From assembly GCA_020429545.1 (NCBI GenBank), contig JAGQLF010000001.1, forward strand, positions 1 through 36,646: a DNA stretch of 36,646 bases. Direction: 5' to 3'. The stretch's first letter is position 1; each line of letters begins with the position of its first letter. The translations under genes were made by a program, and so were the position numbers. Positions 23,396-32,069 of this stretch are shown here, piece after piece. This stretch comes from Candidatus Dojkabacteria bacterium. Lineage in GTDB: Bacteria; Patescibacteriota; Dojkabacteria; J137. The notes beneath the pieces are model-generated. The model searched no databases and was not told the DNA's origin. It was given only the letters and a program-made list of their open reading frames with translations.

Positions 23396-24811
23396 TTATC
23401 TTCCAATTATTCCCTTTGCTGCATCTACCAAACTAGGAATAATGTTTAACTGATTAATATCTTTAATTACTATCAATAGCGATAACAACATCAAAAAAGC
23501 AAATCCTGCAAAGTTAATTGCATTTACAGTATTATCATTTATTCTTTTCCCTCTAATAGATTCTGCCGCTGCAATTGCAATTTGCCCGCCATCTAATGCT
23601 GGAATTGGTAAAACATTAAATATAGCAAAGGACAGACTAATTAATGCAGTGAGAATAATAAGAACATCATAAATTTGATACTTTACTATCTCTGAGACTT
23701 GACCTCCTACAGCAAGTGGACCTCCTACTGCTTTTGATGCTTCAGAAAAGTCTCCTGTATCAACCGCGTTAGAAATTAATCCACCAAGACTTTTCATTTG
23801 ATATAGTGCCATATCGTAGGTAAAGGAAAAAGGTGCAAGTACATTATTCTTATATTGCACAAAGAAGGTCTCCTTACTTCCTGAACTAAGGACACTATAC
23901 TCTATTCCCTCTAAATGATGAAATCCTGCACCTAATACTTGATTGTTTACTTTTTCTGGAAGAGGCACCTGTACATTTGTTTCGATACCTAGTTGTTCGT
24001 TATAAATTAAAAAGTCCGCTGTTGTTCCTTGAACTTCATCTAATTTTTCTTTAAATTCCGCTCTTGTATCAAAATAATCCCCATTTATAGCCAGAATTAT
24101 ATCTCCAACACTTAGATATTGAGTTACCTTGCTCGTACTGCTAAATGCATCAATAATCACAGGATAATGCCCGTTAAATGGTAAGTCACCTATAGTTGCA
24201 CTTTTAGTTGTAAGATCAAGTGTTTCTATGTTTATTGTAGTGATTTCAACTTCTCTACCTCTATTATCATCTATAAATTTTTGAAATTTAGCCTCGGATT
24301 CTATCTTTTCTCCATTAATTTCCACCAAAGAATCACCTTTTTCAAATCCAGTCCAACCTAATTCTTTTTGGACATTTAGTATATTAATCGGAAAGAACTC
24401 ATACGATTTTTCCACGTTATTAAAACTATAATCCGCATATTTCTCTGCAAAGAATATTCTGTTATGAGTACTAAGGAAGATTGCCAAAAAGAAAATAGCA
24501 GCTAAAGTATTCATGAATACACCAGCTATTAAAACAAAAAACTTGATTAAAAAACTTCGATTTCTAAAGCCGTTAGGGCTATTTTGAGAATGTTCCCCCT
24601 CTAAACTTACAAACCCTCCTAAGGGAAGAGCTCTAATTCTATAAACAGTTTCTCTAATTTTTTTACTGAACAAAACAGGGCCAAAACCTATTGCAAATTC
24701 ATCAACTGGAATTTTGCTAAGCTTAGCCGCGGTAAAATGTCCGAGCTCATGAATAAACACTAAAAAGCCCAGAATTACAATAAATAATACAACTGTTATA
24801 ATTGACTCCAT
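23396..24811 (-). CDS. rseP: RIP metalloprotease RseP (M50 site-2 protease)
   Basis: HELGH zinc motif at the N-terminus. Internal PDZ-like domains. C-terminal FNVLPIPALDGG motif. Confidence 0.88.
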   Translation of the reverse strand: MESIITVVLFIVILGFLVFIHELGHFTAAKLSKIPVDEFAIGFGPVLFSKKIRETVYRIRALPLGGFVSLEGEHSQNSPNGFRNRSFLIKFFVLIAGVFMNTLAAIFFLAIFLSTHNRIFFAEKYADYSFNNVEKSYEFFPINILNVQKELGWTGFEKGDSLVEINGEKIESEAKFQKFIDDNRGREVEITTINIETLDLTTKSATIGDLPFNGHYPVIIDAFSSTSKVTQYLSVGDIILAINGDYFDTRAEFKEKLDEVQGTTADFLIYNEQLGIETNVQVPLPEKVNNQVLGAGFHHLEGIEYSVLSSGSKETFFVQYKNNVLAPFSFTYDMALYQMKSLGGLISNAVDTGDFSEASKAVGGPLAVGGQVSEIVKYQIYDVLIILTALISLSFAIFNVLPIPALDGGQIAIAAAESIRGKRINDNTVNAINFAGFAFLMLLSLLIVIKDINQLNIIPSLVDAAKGIIGR

Positions 24812-24820
24812 TTATGATTA

Positions 24821-25366
24821 TTAAATTTTTGTAAGCTCTAGTTCCTTCTTTGAACTTAGTTGTTCAATTTCGTTAATAGTTTCATCTACCCTTTTTTGTA
24901 TCTCTTTTGAGTTTCTCTCTTGTTCATCTTCTGAAACTCCTTCAAGACCATCCAGGTCTTTCATGTATTTTTGTCTAACTTGTCTAACTCTTACTCTATA
25001 CTGTTCAGTTACATCATTTAATTCTTTTACCCTCTTTTTTCTATCCTCTTCTGTCATAGGTGCAAATTTTATTCTTATCGAATCTTTATCCACCGCTACA
25101 CTTCCACCTGTTTCTGCAGACCGTAAAGCAGCTTCAACCGCTGGAAGAACCCCTTTATCCCAGACATTTACTTTTAAGTTCATTGCATCTTCAACTAAGA
25201 CTTGCCCAACAGTATTTAGCTTATTCATTCCACCATAAGCTTCCACCATAATGTCTTCTAAATCTGATGCACTAGCCTTTCCTGATCGAATTGTTGTCAA
25301 TTCTTTTTTGAAATACTCTATTGCATCAGATAACTCTTTTTCGAATGATTTATCGTCTATTAACAT
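24821..25366 (-). CDS. frr: ribosome recycling factor
   Basis: 181 aa. TTIRSGKASASDLEDIMVEAYG and the C-terminal coiled region are typical of RRF. Confidence 0.95.
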   Translation of the reverse strand: MLIDDKSFEKELSDAIEYFKKELTTIRSGKASASDLEDIMVEAYGGMNKLNTVGQVLVEDAMNLKVNVWDKGVLPAVEAALRSAETGGSVAVDKDSIRIKFAPMTEEDRKKRVKELNDVTEQYRVRVRQVRQKYMKDLDGLEGVSEDEQERNSKEIQKRVDETINEIEQLSSKKELELTKI

Positions 25367-25367
25367 G

Positions 25368-25991
25368 TTATTTTTCTTCAGATTTATTTACGCTACAATA
25401 CTGAACATCTTGAGCAACTTCAAACTTGGAGAATGATTTTAATTCAATTTTTTCTCCAATTTTTGCAACCATCTCATTTAGGTAATCTTCTACTGTTTTT
25501 GAATCGTCAGCAAAAAGAACCTGTTTCATTAAAACTGATGCTTCATAATATTTATCCATTTTTCCTTTTAGAATATTTTCTTTAATATTTTCTGGCTTTC
25601 CTTCTAATTCTTTTTCAAAAGTATCATTTAGTTCAGCTACTTTTTCTTTACTAACACCATCAACACTTAAGAATTCTGGATTTGCAGCAGCAACTTGTAA
25701 TGCTAAATCATTTGCGAATTTTCTCATATCTTCACTTTTCGCAGCAAAATCTGTTTCACAACTTACTTCTACAACTGTAACTACTTTATTATTCCCATGA
25801 ATATATACACCTAAAATTCCATTAGCTGCTGTTCTATCTTTTCTTTTTTCTGCTTTAGCTTCTCCTTTCTGTCTTAAGTATTTTCTTGCAGCTTCCATAT
25901 CGCCTTTAGACTCTTTCAGAGCTTCTGTCACAGCGTTTATTCCTGCACCTGTTTCATTTCTAAGCTTTTTTATTTCTTCCATTGTTGCCAT
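25368..25991 (-). CDS. tsf: elongation factor Ts (short form)
   Basis: N-terminal UBA-like IKKLRNETGAGINAVTEALKES. 207 aa. Directly downstream of rpsB in transcription order. Confidence 0.9.
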   Translation of the reverse strand: MATMEEIKKLRNETGAGINAVTEALKESKGDMEAARKYLRQKGEAKAEKRKDRTAANGILGVYIHGNNKVVTVVEVSCETDFAAKSEDMRKFANDLALQVAAANPEFLSVDGVSKEKVAELNDTFEKELEGKPENIKENILKGKMDKYYEASVLMKQVLFADDSKTVEDYLNEMVAKIGEKIELKSFSKFEVAQDVQYCSVNKSEEK

Positions 25992-26054
25992 ATGAATTTA
26001 TTATAAATGATAAGTTAACGAGTACCAAGTTTTTAGCACTCAGAATTTTGTTTT

Positions 26055-26176
26055 CCTTCTCCTTTTAGGAGAAGGTGGCATAAAGTTAAGCGTAGCGTAT
26101 ACTTTATGCCGGATGAGGTCTTGACCTCACCTTTCTTTTGCCTTCGGCAAAATTTATCCTCTCCTACAAGGAGAGG
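26055..26176. repeat. structured intergenic repeat, family 2 (five GC-rich hairpins), copy D
   Basis: h1 26055-26075, h2 26077-26110, h3 26114-26129, h4 26136-26152, h5 26158-26176. Lies between the rpsB stop and tsf. Confidence 0.8.
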
Positions 26177-26189
26177 AAAATGTCTATGT

Positions 26190-27170
26190 TTATTTTTTCT
26201 TTTTAGCCTTTTCCTTTTCTTCTTGAACCTTTTCTAAGATTCCTTTTGATTTTCCTCCACTTGATTTAGCCTTTGAAGTTTTTTGTGGAGCTTTTACAAT
26301 TTTCTTTCCTTTGAATGTTTTTGGCGTATTTCCTTCTGGCATATCAAAATCCACTGCTGATGAAGCATCATCTGAGTCACTTTCTTTTCTAATAATTTGA
26401 ACTTCTACCTTAGCATAATCTTTTAGGTGATGTTTTACTCCTCCACCTTTGTTTCCTTCTCTTACTGCTGCTGCCAATGTTTTTACCAATAGCGTAATTG
26501 AAGAAATTGCATCATCGTTTGCAGGAATTGGATAGTTAATCAAATCAGGATCTGAATTAGAATCTATTATTCCTACAATTGGTATATGCATTTTCACTGC
26601 TTCTGCTACTGCACTCTTTTCAAATTTTGTATCAACAATAACCATTGCTTTTGGCATTTGCTCTAATGTTTTAACTCCTGAGTAAAGTCTTGATAACTTT
26701 GCCCATTCTTTTTTCATTAATGAAATTTCGTATTTAGTTCTTCCTTCTACTCCTTTTTCAAATAAAGTTTCAAGTTCTCTTAATCTTGCAAAACTTTCTC
26801 TAACTTTCTTAAAGTTTGTTAACAATCCTCCTGCCCATCTTTGGTTGGTGAAATGTGCACCGCAGTTGACTGCATTATCTTTAACAATATTTGAAGCTTG
26901 TTTCTTTGTTCCTACAAATAGAACATTTCCATTTGCTGCTGCTTCACTTAAGAATTGTACTGCCTCTTTTAATTGAGCTTCAGTTTTTGTAACGTCAATA
27001 ATATGAATATTGCCTTTTACATCGTATAGGAATTTTCTCATTTTAGGATTCCATCTTGATGTTTCGTGTCCAAACTGAACACCTGCTTTAAACATATCTT
27101 TAACATTAGGGATTTCTACTTTTGATTTTGAAGCTGTAGATGGCTTCTTTGTATCTTTATTTTCTGCCAT
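26190..27170 (-). CDS. rpsB: 30S ribosomal protein S2 with K-rich C-terminal extension
   Basis: MFKAGVQFGHETSRWNPKM core. 326 aa, against roughly 250 aa for a typical S2, because of a ~70-aa acidic-then-basic tail. Confidence 0.95.
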   Translation of the reverse strand: MAENKDTKKPSTASKSKVEIPNVKDMFKAGVQFGHETSRWNPKMRKFLYDVKGNIHIIDVTKTEAQLKEAVQFLSEAAANGNVLFVGTKKQASNIVKDNAVNCGAHFTNQRWAGGLLTNFKKVRESFARLRELETLFEKGVEGRTKYEISLMKKEWAKLSRLYSGVKTLEQMPKAMVIVDTKFEKSAVAEAVKMHIPIVGIIDSNSDPDLINYPIPANDDAISSITLLVKTLAAAVREGNKGGGVKHHLKDYAKVEVQIIRKESDSDDASSAVDFDMPEGNTPKTFKGKKIVKAPQKTSKAKSSGGKSKGILEKVQEEKEKAKKKK

Positions 27171-27202
27171 TTTATTTTCCTTTTTATTAATTAATATACT
27201 TC

Positions 27203-27248
27203 CGGGAAATGCATCATTTTTTCAATGACAAGGAATTCTAATTTCCCG
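27203..27248 (-). promoter_or_regulatory. stem-loop in the predicted rpsB 5' UTR
   Basis: CGGGAAAT (27203-27210) pairs with ATTTCCCG (27241-27248). An inner TCATT/AATGA hairpin is present. The structure sits between the predicted promoter and ATG 27170. Confidence 0.45.
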
Positions 27249-27266
27249 TGCTGGTTTTGTGGTTTG

Positions 27267-27275
27267 ATTATATCA
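27267..27275 (-). promoter_or_regulatory. extended -10 promoter (TGATATAAT) for rpsB
   Basis: A perfect TGnTATAAT on the minus strand, the same 9-mer as the tRNA-Leu promoter. It predicts a ~90-nt leader. Confidence 0.5.
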
Positions 27276-27289
27276 TAAGCAATACTTAA

Positions 27290-27319
27290 TTGACTATATT
27301 GATGCTAAAATAATTTAAT
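27290..27319 (+). promoter_or_regulatory. candidate promoter for the SDR gene
   Basis: TTGACT at 27290-27295. Possible -10 elements are TGCTAAAAT (27303-27311) or TTTAAT (27314-27319, 18-nt spacer). The register is ambiguous. Confidence 0.3.
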
Positions 27320-27333
27320 TAACTCACTAAATT

Positions 27334-28077
27334 ATGAAATTAAAAGATAAAGTAGCATTAATAACAGGTTCAAGTAGAGGTATTGGTAAAGCAATTGCTA
27401 TTGAATTTGCTAAAGAAGGTGCAAATATTGTTTTAAACTACACCAATTCGGATCCTGAAAAGATAAATTCATTGGTAAATGAAATTAAAGGCTTAGGAAC
27501 TGAAGTAATAGCAATAAAATGTGATGTTTCAAATGAGTCTGATGTAAAAAATATGATTCAAGAAACTATAGAAAAATTTGGAAGACTGGATATTTTAGTA
27601 AATAACGCAGGCGTTGTATTTGACGTTCCTCTATTTGAGAAATCTATGGAAGATTGGAATAAAACTCTAAGTGTAAATTTAACTGGAACTTTTATGTGTT
27701 CTAAATATGCAGCAATTGAAATGATGAAGAATAAAAGTGGAAATATTATTAATATAAGTTCTACGAATGGGATAAATACATTTAGTCCTGAAGCTATCGA
27801 TTATGATGCAACAAAGGCTGGAGTTGTAGTTCTTACAAAGAATTTTGCAAAAGAACTAGCACCTAATATACGGGTAAATGCAATTGCACCTGGATGGATA
27901 AATACAGACATGAATGCCGATTTACCAAAAGACTATGTAGTAGAAGAAACAGAAAAGATTTATGTAAAAAGATTTGCAAAACCTGAAGAGATTGCTAAAG
28001 TAGCGCTCTTTTTAGCAAGTGATGATGCAAGCTTTGTCAATGGAAGTGTTTTAATTGCTGATGGAGGTCACGATTAA
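27334..28077 (+). CDS. SDR-family oxidoreductase, 3-oxoacyl-ACP reductase (FabG)-like
   Basis: TGSSRGIGKAIA cofactor motif, NNAG, and catalytic YDATKAG (YxxxK). 247 aa. Confidence 0.85.
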   Translation: MKLKDKVALITGSSRGIGKAIAIEFAKEGANIVLNYTNSDPEKINSLVNEIKGLGTEVIAIKCDVSNESDVKNMIQETIEKFGRLDILVNNAGVVFDVPLFEKSMEDWNKTLSVNLTGTFMCSKYAAIEMMKNKSGNIINISSTNGINTFSPEAIDYDATKAGVVVLTKNFAKELAPNIRVNAIAPGWINTDMNADLPKDYVVEETEKIYVKRFAKPEEIAKVALFLASDDASFVNGSVLIADGGHD

Positions 28078-28116
28078 AAATATGGTGATATAATCCCGGT
28101 ATTTAAAATACACCTT

Positions 28117-28644
28117 ATGCAAAATACACCAGAATCAACACTTTATGACCTACCTTCATCAATTCAACTAGGTAATGAACATTACACTGTTACATATAAT
28201 GAAGATCCAGAAGAAGTTATTAAAGGAGTAACTTGTATTACATTAGAGCTTAATGAAATCAGTGAAATTGCAGATGGGGCAATTGTTGAAGTTCAAAAGG
28301 GATATCATACACCAATTCAAGAAGTTGGGCATAGTTTTATAGCTATTGAACAACCTTATACTGGTTCTGGGCACTTGTTATTCATGAGAAATGGAGAAAC
28401 TAATGTAAACTACCATTACTTCAATACAGAGAACAATATTAGTTGCCCTCCTCTATTCTTAGAACCAGGATCTCTACTTTGTTGGGTTGCTTCTTCATCT
28501 AAGGATCATAACCTTGTATTTGCAGAAATTATCACACCACGTTTTAAGGCTGGAGAAACTTTTAAAGAAGGATCTGAAATTGATCCAGTAAGGTTTAAAC
28601 TAATGAAAAATGCTATTAATCAATTACTTAGAATTGAAGCATAG
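28117..28644 (+). CDS. hypothetical protein
   Basis: 175-aa ORF with ATG start, 39 nt after the SDR gene. No confident family; a beta-rich cupin-like fold is only a guess. Confidence 0.5.
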   Translation: MQNTPESTLYDLPSSIQLGNEHYTVTYNEDPEEVIKGVTCITLELNEISEIADGAIVEVQKGYHTPIQEVGHSFIAIEQPYTGSGHLLFMRNGETNVNYHYFNTENNISCPPLFLEPGSLLCWVASSSKDHNLVFAEIITPRFKAGETFKEGSEIDPVRFKLMKNAINQLLRIEA

Positions 28645-28745
28645 TTTCTTCGAATTACTGATTAAATCACATACTGAGCGGGACTGCCACGTCGTTCGTT
28701 ACACTCACTCCTCGCAGATCGCCGGATATTTTTAATTCGTAATTT

Positions 28746-30977
28746 TTAATTATCCTCCTCTTTCTTAGGTTGTTTTTTCACCTTTTGAATATCCTTTACC
28801 TTTGGATAATCTGGGTGTGCCCAGAAGTAACCATACTTTCCAGAACGTAGTAGATACTCATCTCCCTTATCTGTTTTTGGAGCTGGTCCAAAAAGCTCTG
28901 TTCTTTTCTTTTTTGTATATTCTAAAGGACGAGCATCTTTTACCTTTGGATAGTCTGGGTGTGCCCAGAATTCTCCAAATCTACCCTTCTTTAAAACATA
29001 ATCCCTTTCATCTTCAGTTTTTGGAGCTGGCATATATGTTTCTTGGAATTCTTTTGTTGTTGGTTTCTTTTCAAATTCTTCTTGAGATTCTCCATCCATA
29101 CTTAAAATTCCTTCACAATCTGGCCAACGTGAACATGTATAGAATCTTCCATACTTTCCTAATTTTATTAGCATTTTTGAATTACACTCAGGACATTTAA
29201 TATCTTTTGGTGCTTTTCCTAAAATTTTAAAATCATCTCTAGTTATAGTTTTTTCTGTTTCTTTCACATTTTTTGCAAATGGTTTATAGAAATCTTTCAA
29301 CATTTTTTTCCAGTCTAAACCTCCATCAGCAATAGTATCCAGATTGTCTTCCATCTCTGACGTAAAGTCATAGTCTACAATGTCTTTAAAGTGTGATACG
29401 AGAAGTTTATTTACAACGATTCCTGTATCTGTTGGAAATAGGTATCTTCCTTCTTTTTCTACATATTTTCTCGACAAAATTGTTGAGATAATTGATGAGT
29501 ATGTTGATGGTCTTCCAATTCCAAGCTCCTCAAGCTTTTTAATTAGTGATGCTTCAGAGTATCTTGCTGGTGGCTGTGTGAAGTGCTGATCAGCTCTAAT
29601 TTCTTTGTGGTAGAACTTATCTCCTTTTGTAACTTCTGGCAGTATTGTTTCGTTTTGCTTTTCAGCTTTTACTCTTAAATATCCATCAAACAAAACTCTT
29701 GTTCCAGTTGCTTTGAATTTATGCTTGCCAGCCACAGCTGTAATTGTCATTGTTTCTACTCTTGCAGGATTCATTTGTGAAGCAATTGCTCTATTTCTAA
29801 TTAGTCTATACAACTTTTTTTGTTCTTCTTTAAAAGATTTATCATCTTCTAAATCCATCTTTACTGGTCTAATTGCCTCGTGAGCTTCCTGTGCAGTTTT
29901 ACTTTTAGTACTGTACATTACAGGTTTTTCTGGCAAGTATTTATCTCCGTATTTACTTTTAATCTCTTTTCTTGCTGCGTCTATTGCCTGCTTTGATAGA
30001 GAAATAGAATCCGTTCTCATGTATGTAATGAATCCTGCTTCGTATAGCTTTTGAGCAACCATCATTGTTCTTTTTGAGCTAAATCCAAGTGTGTTTACAG
30101 CGGCTTGCTGCAATGTACTTGTAGTAAATGGTGGCTTTGGATTTCTTTTAGATTCTTTCTTAACAACATCTTCTACAATTAAATGTTCTTTTTCAATTTC
30201 TTTAATAATCTTTTCTGTTTCTTTTTTATCTTTTAGCCCTTTCTTTTTAGAATCGTAAATATATTCAAAAGGAATTAGCTTTGGATCAATTTTATCTTTC
30301 TTTTGCTCTTCATCATCTTCATCTTCTTTTTCTTTGATTTCTATTACGACTTTGTTACCTTTCTTATCTGTTGCATAACTGATTAAAGACCAATACTCAA
30401 CAGCTTCAAACTTGTTTCTCTCTTCTTCCTTTTCCACAACTAGTCTAAGGGCAACTGATTGAACTCTACCTGCGGACAAACCAAACATAATTTTTTTCCA
30501 TAGCACTGGAGAAAGTGTGTAACCAACAAGTCTGTCTAAAATTCTTCTCGCTTGTTGAGCATTAACTAAATTCATATCTACTTTTCTTGGATGTTCAATT
30601 GCCTCTTTTATTGCATCTTCAGTTATTTCACTAAAGACAATTCTTTCCACATCATGTCCTTTCTTTGGGTTACCGCCTTCAGTTAGTGCTCCTAGTTTTT
30701 GTGCAACATGCCAAGCAATTGCTTCACCTTCCCTATCTAAGTCGACAGCTAGTATTAATTTATCTGCTCCTTTATATGCTTGTTTTAATTCTTTTAAAGA
30801 CTTATCGTTTTTGACTTCGTAGTCAACCTTAAAGTCGTTATCAACATCAACACCCATTTTAGATTTAGGTAAATCTACAACATGGCCCTTAGATGCTTTA
30901 ACAACGTAATCTTTTCCAAGATACTTATTTATTGTTTTTGCCTTAGAAGGCGACTCTACAACTACTAATGACTTCAT
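28746..30977 (-). CDS. topA: DNA topoisomerase I
   Basis: Toprim N-terminus (VVVESPSKAKTI), DxD region (VDLDREGE), and active-site Tyr region ITYMRTDS. One C4 zinc ribbon (CPECNSK..CSRWPDC) plus two Cys-less C-terminal repeats. Confidence 0.95.
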   Translation of the reverse strand: MKSLVVVESPSKAKTINKYLGKDYVVKASKGHVVDLPKSKMGVDVDNDFKVDYEVKNDKSLKELKQAYKGADKLILAVDLDREGEAIAWHVAQKLGALTEGGNPKKGHDVERIVFSEITEDAIKEAIEHPRKVDMNLVNAQQARRILDRLVGYTLSPVLWKKIMFGLSAGRVQSVALRLVVEKEEERNKFEAVEYWSLISYATDKKGNKVVIEIKEKEDEDDEEQKKDKIDPKLIPFEYIYDSKKKGLKDKKETEKIIKEIEKEHLIVEDVVKKESKRNPKPPFTTSTLQQAAVNTLGFSSKRTMMVAQKLYEAGFITYMRTDSISLSKQAIDAARKEIKSKYGDKYLPEKPVMYSTKSKTAQEAHEAIRPVKMDLEDDKSFKEEQKKLYRLIRNRAIASQMNPARVETMTITAVAGKHKFKATGTRVLFDGYLRVKAEKQNETILPEVTKGDKFYHKEIRADQHFTQPPARYSEASLIKKLEELGIGRPSTYSSIISTILSRKYVEKEGRYLFPTDTGIVVNKLLVSHFKDIVDYDFTSEMEDNLDTIADGGLDWKKMLKDFYKPFAKNVKETEKTITRDDFKILGKAPKDIKCPECNSKMLIKLGKYGRFYTCSRWPDCEGILSMDGESQEEFEKKPTTKEFQETYMPAPKTEDERDYVLKKGRFGEFWAHPDYPKVKDARPLEYTKKKRTELFGPAPKTDKGDEYLLRSGKYGYFWAHPDYPKVKDIQKVKKQPKKEEDN
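28749..29033 (-). repeat. two ~144-nt C-terminal repeats within topA (GRFGEFWAHPDYPKVKD / GKYGYFWAHPDYPKVKD)
   Basis: The DNA blocks TTTACCTTTGGATA(A/G)TCTGGGTGTGCCCAGAA at 28795 and 28939 are 144 nt apart. Confidence 0.8.
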
Positions 30978-30987
30978 TTTTTATTAT

Positions 30988-32055
30988 CTAACTCAATGAA
31001 TATTTTCCATCAAGTCGTTTATTTAAAATACCCTGAATTTCTAATTCAAAGCAAATTTTTATAAGATTATTTATATCAATCCCGCTCTCTTGTCCCATCT
31101 CATCTATACTTTTTGGCTTTGAGGACAAAAGATCATAAATGCTTTTACCCTCTTTTGTCAAACCTATAGGCAATTTTCTCTGTATTTTTTGACTTTCTAA
31201 TCCAAAATCTTCTAATAAATCTCCACTAATATTGACTAACTTTGCAATGTTTTGTTTGATTAAATTATTATTTCCGATTATTGATTCTCTATAAATATCA
31301 CCGGGCACTGCATATACCAGTCTATTATATTCAAATGCTAAATTAGCAGTAATCAAAGAACCACTCTTTATTGGTGCTTCTGTAACTAATGTTGCTTTAG
31401 TCAAACCTGCAATTAAATGATTCCTTTGTGCAAACATACCAGGCAATACATTTTGATGCGGGAATGTTTCAGAAATAATGACACCATTAGAATCTAATAT
31501 CGATTTGTATAATGATCGATTAGACTCAGGAGTTGGGATATGTGCACTTGAAGCAAGCACAGCAACAGTTCTGCCATTATCTTTTAAAGTCTGTTTATGA
31601 ACTATTGAATCTATTCCAAGTGCCATACCACTTACAGTTGCAAATCCAGCACTGACTATATCTTTAGTAAACTCAGTTGTAATTCTTTTTCCATAGTCAG
31701 TATATTTTCTTGTTCCAACAATACTTATTGATTTATCCCAGTTTATAGATTCTAAATCTCCTAAATAGAACAGAACAGCAGGTGCATCAGGGATTTCTTT
31801 TAATAGCAATGGGTAATTATCTTGCCAAATAAACACCATTGATACCTTATATTTATCAATATATGAATCCATTCTATTCATATCTGCCTTAGCTTTTGAT
31901 AATGCTTTAATAATCTTTAGATTCAAATCTGAAATACTTTTATTCTCAAATAAAGAATCAATATCTCCAAACTTACTGAGTAATTTTTTAAAACTAGATG
32001 AACCTATTCCCTTTTGTAGCAAGAGAGATAAGCTAAATTTAGCTAACTTATCCAT
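30988..32055 (-). CDS. dprA: DNA processing protein DprA (Smf)
   Basis: Rossmann-like core with IVGTRKYTDYGK and GMALGIDSIVHKQ. C-terminal winged-helix-like domain. Adjacent to topA, as in many bacteria. Confidence 0.9.
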   Translation of the reverse strand: MDKLAKFSLSLLLQKGIGSSSFKKLLSKFGDIDSLFENKSISDLNLKIIKALSKAKADMNRMDSYIDKYKVSMVFIWQDNYPLLLKEIPDAPAVLFYLGDLESINWDKSISIVGTRKYTDYGKRITTEFTKDIVSAGFATVSGMALGIDSIVHKQTLKDNGRTVAVLASSAHIPTPESNRSLYKSILDSNGVIISETFPHQNVLPGMFAQRNHLIAGLTKATLVTEAPIKSGSLITANLAFEYNRLVYAVPGDIYRESIIGNNNLIKQNIAKLVNISGDLLEDFGLESQKIQRKLPIGLTKEGKSIYDLLSSKPKSIDEMGQESGIDINNLIKICFELEIQGILNKRLDGKYSLS

Positions 32056-32069
32056 TTTGTATAATATAA

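Noticed and set aside
23176-23406. ORF 23176-23406 (minus) across the rseP-rpsU spacer.
   Set aside because: It reads through the five-hairpin element C. The homologous element D has no equivalent ORF, so the conservation is at the structure level, not the coding level.
26136-26152. Apparent UUCG tetraloop in hairpin 4 of element D, which could have indicated the transcribed strand.
   Set aside because: Exact pairing gives GCC-UUC-GGC (a triloop or pentaloop), not the C(UUCG)G tetraloop, so it gives no strand information.
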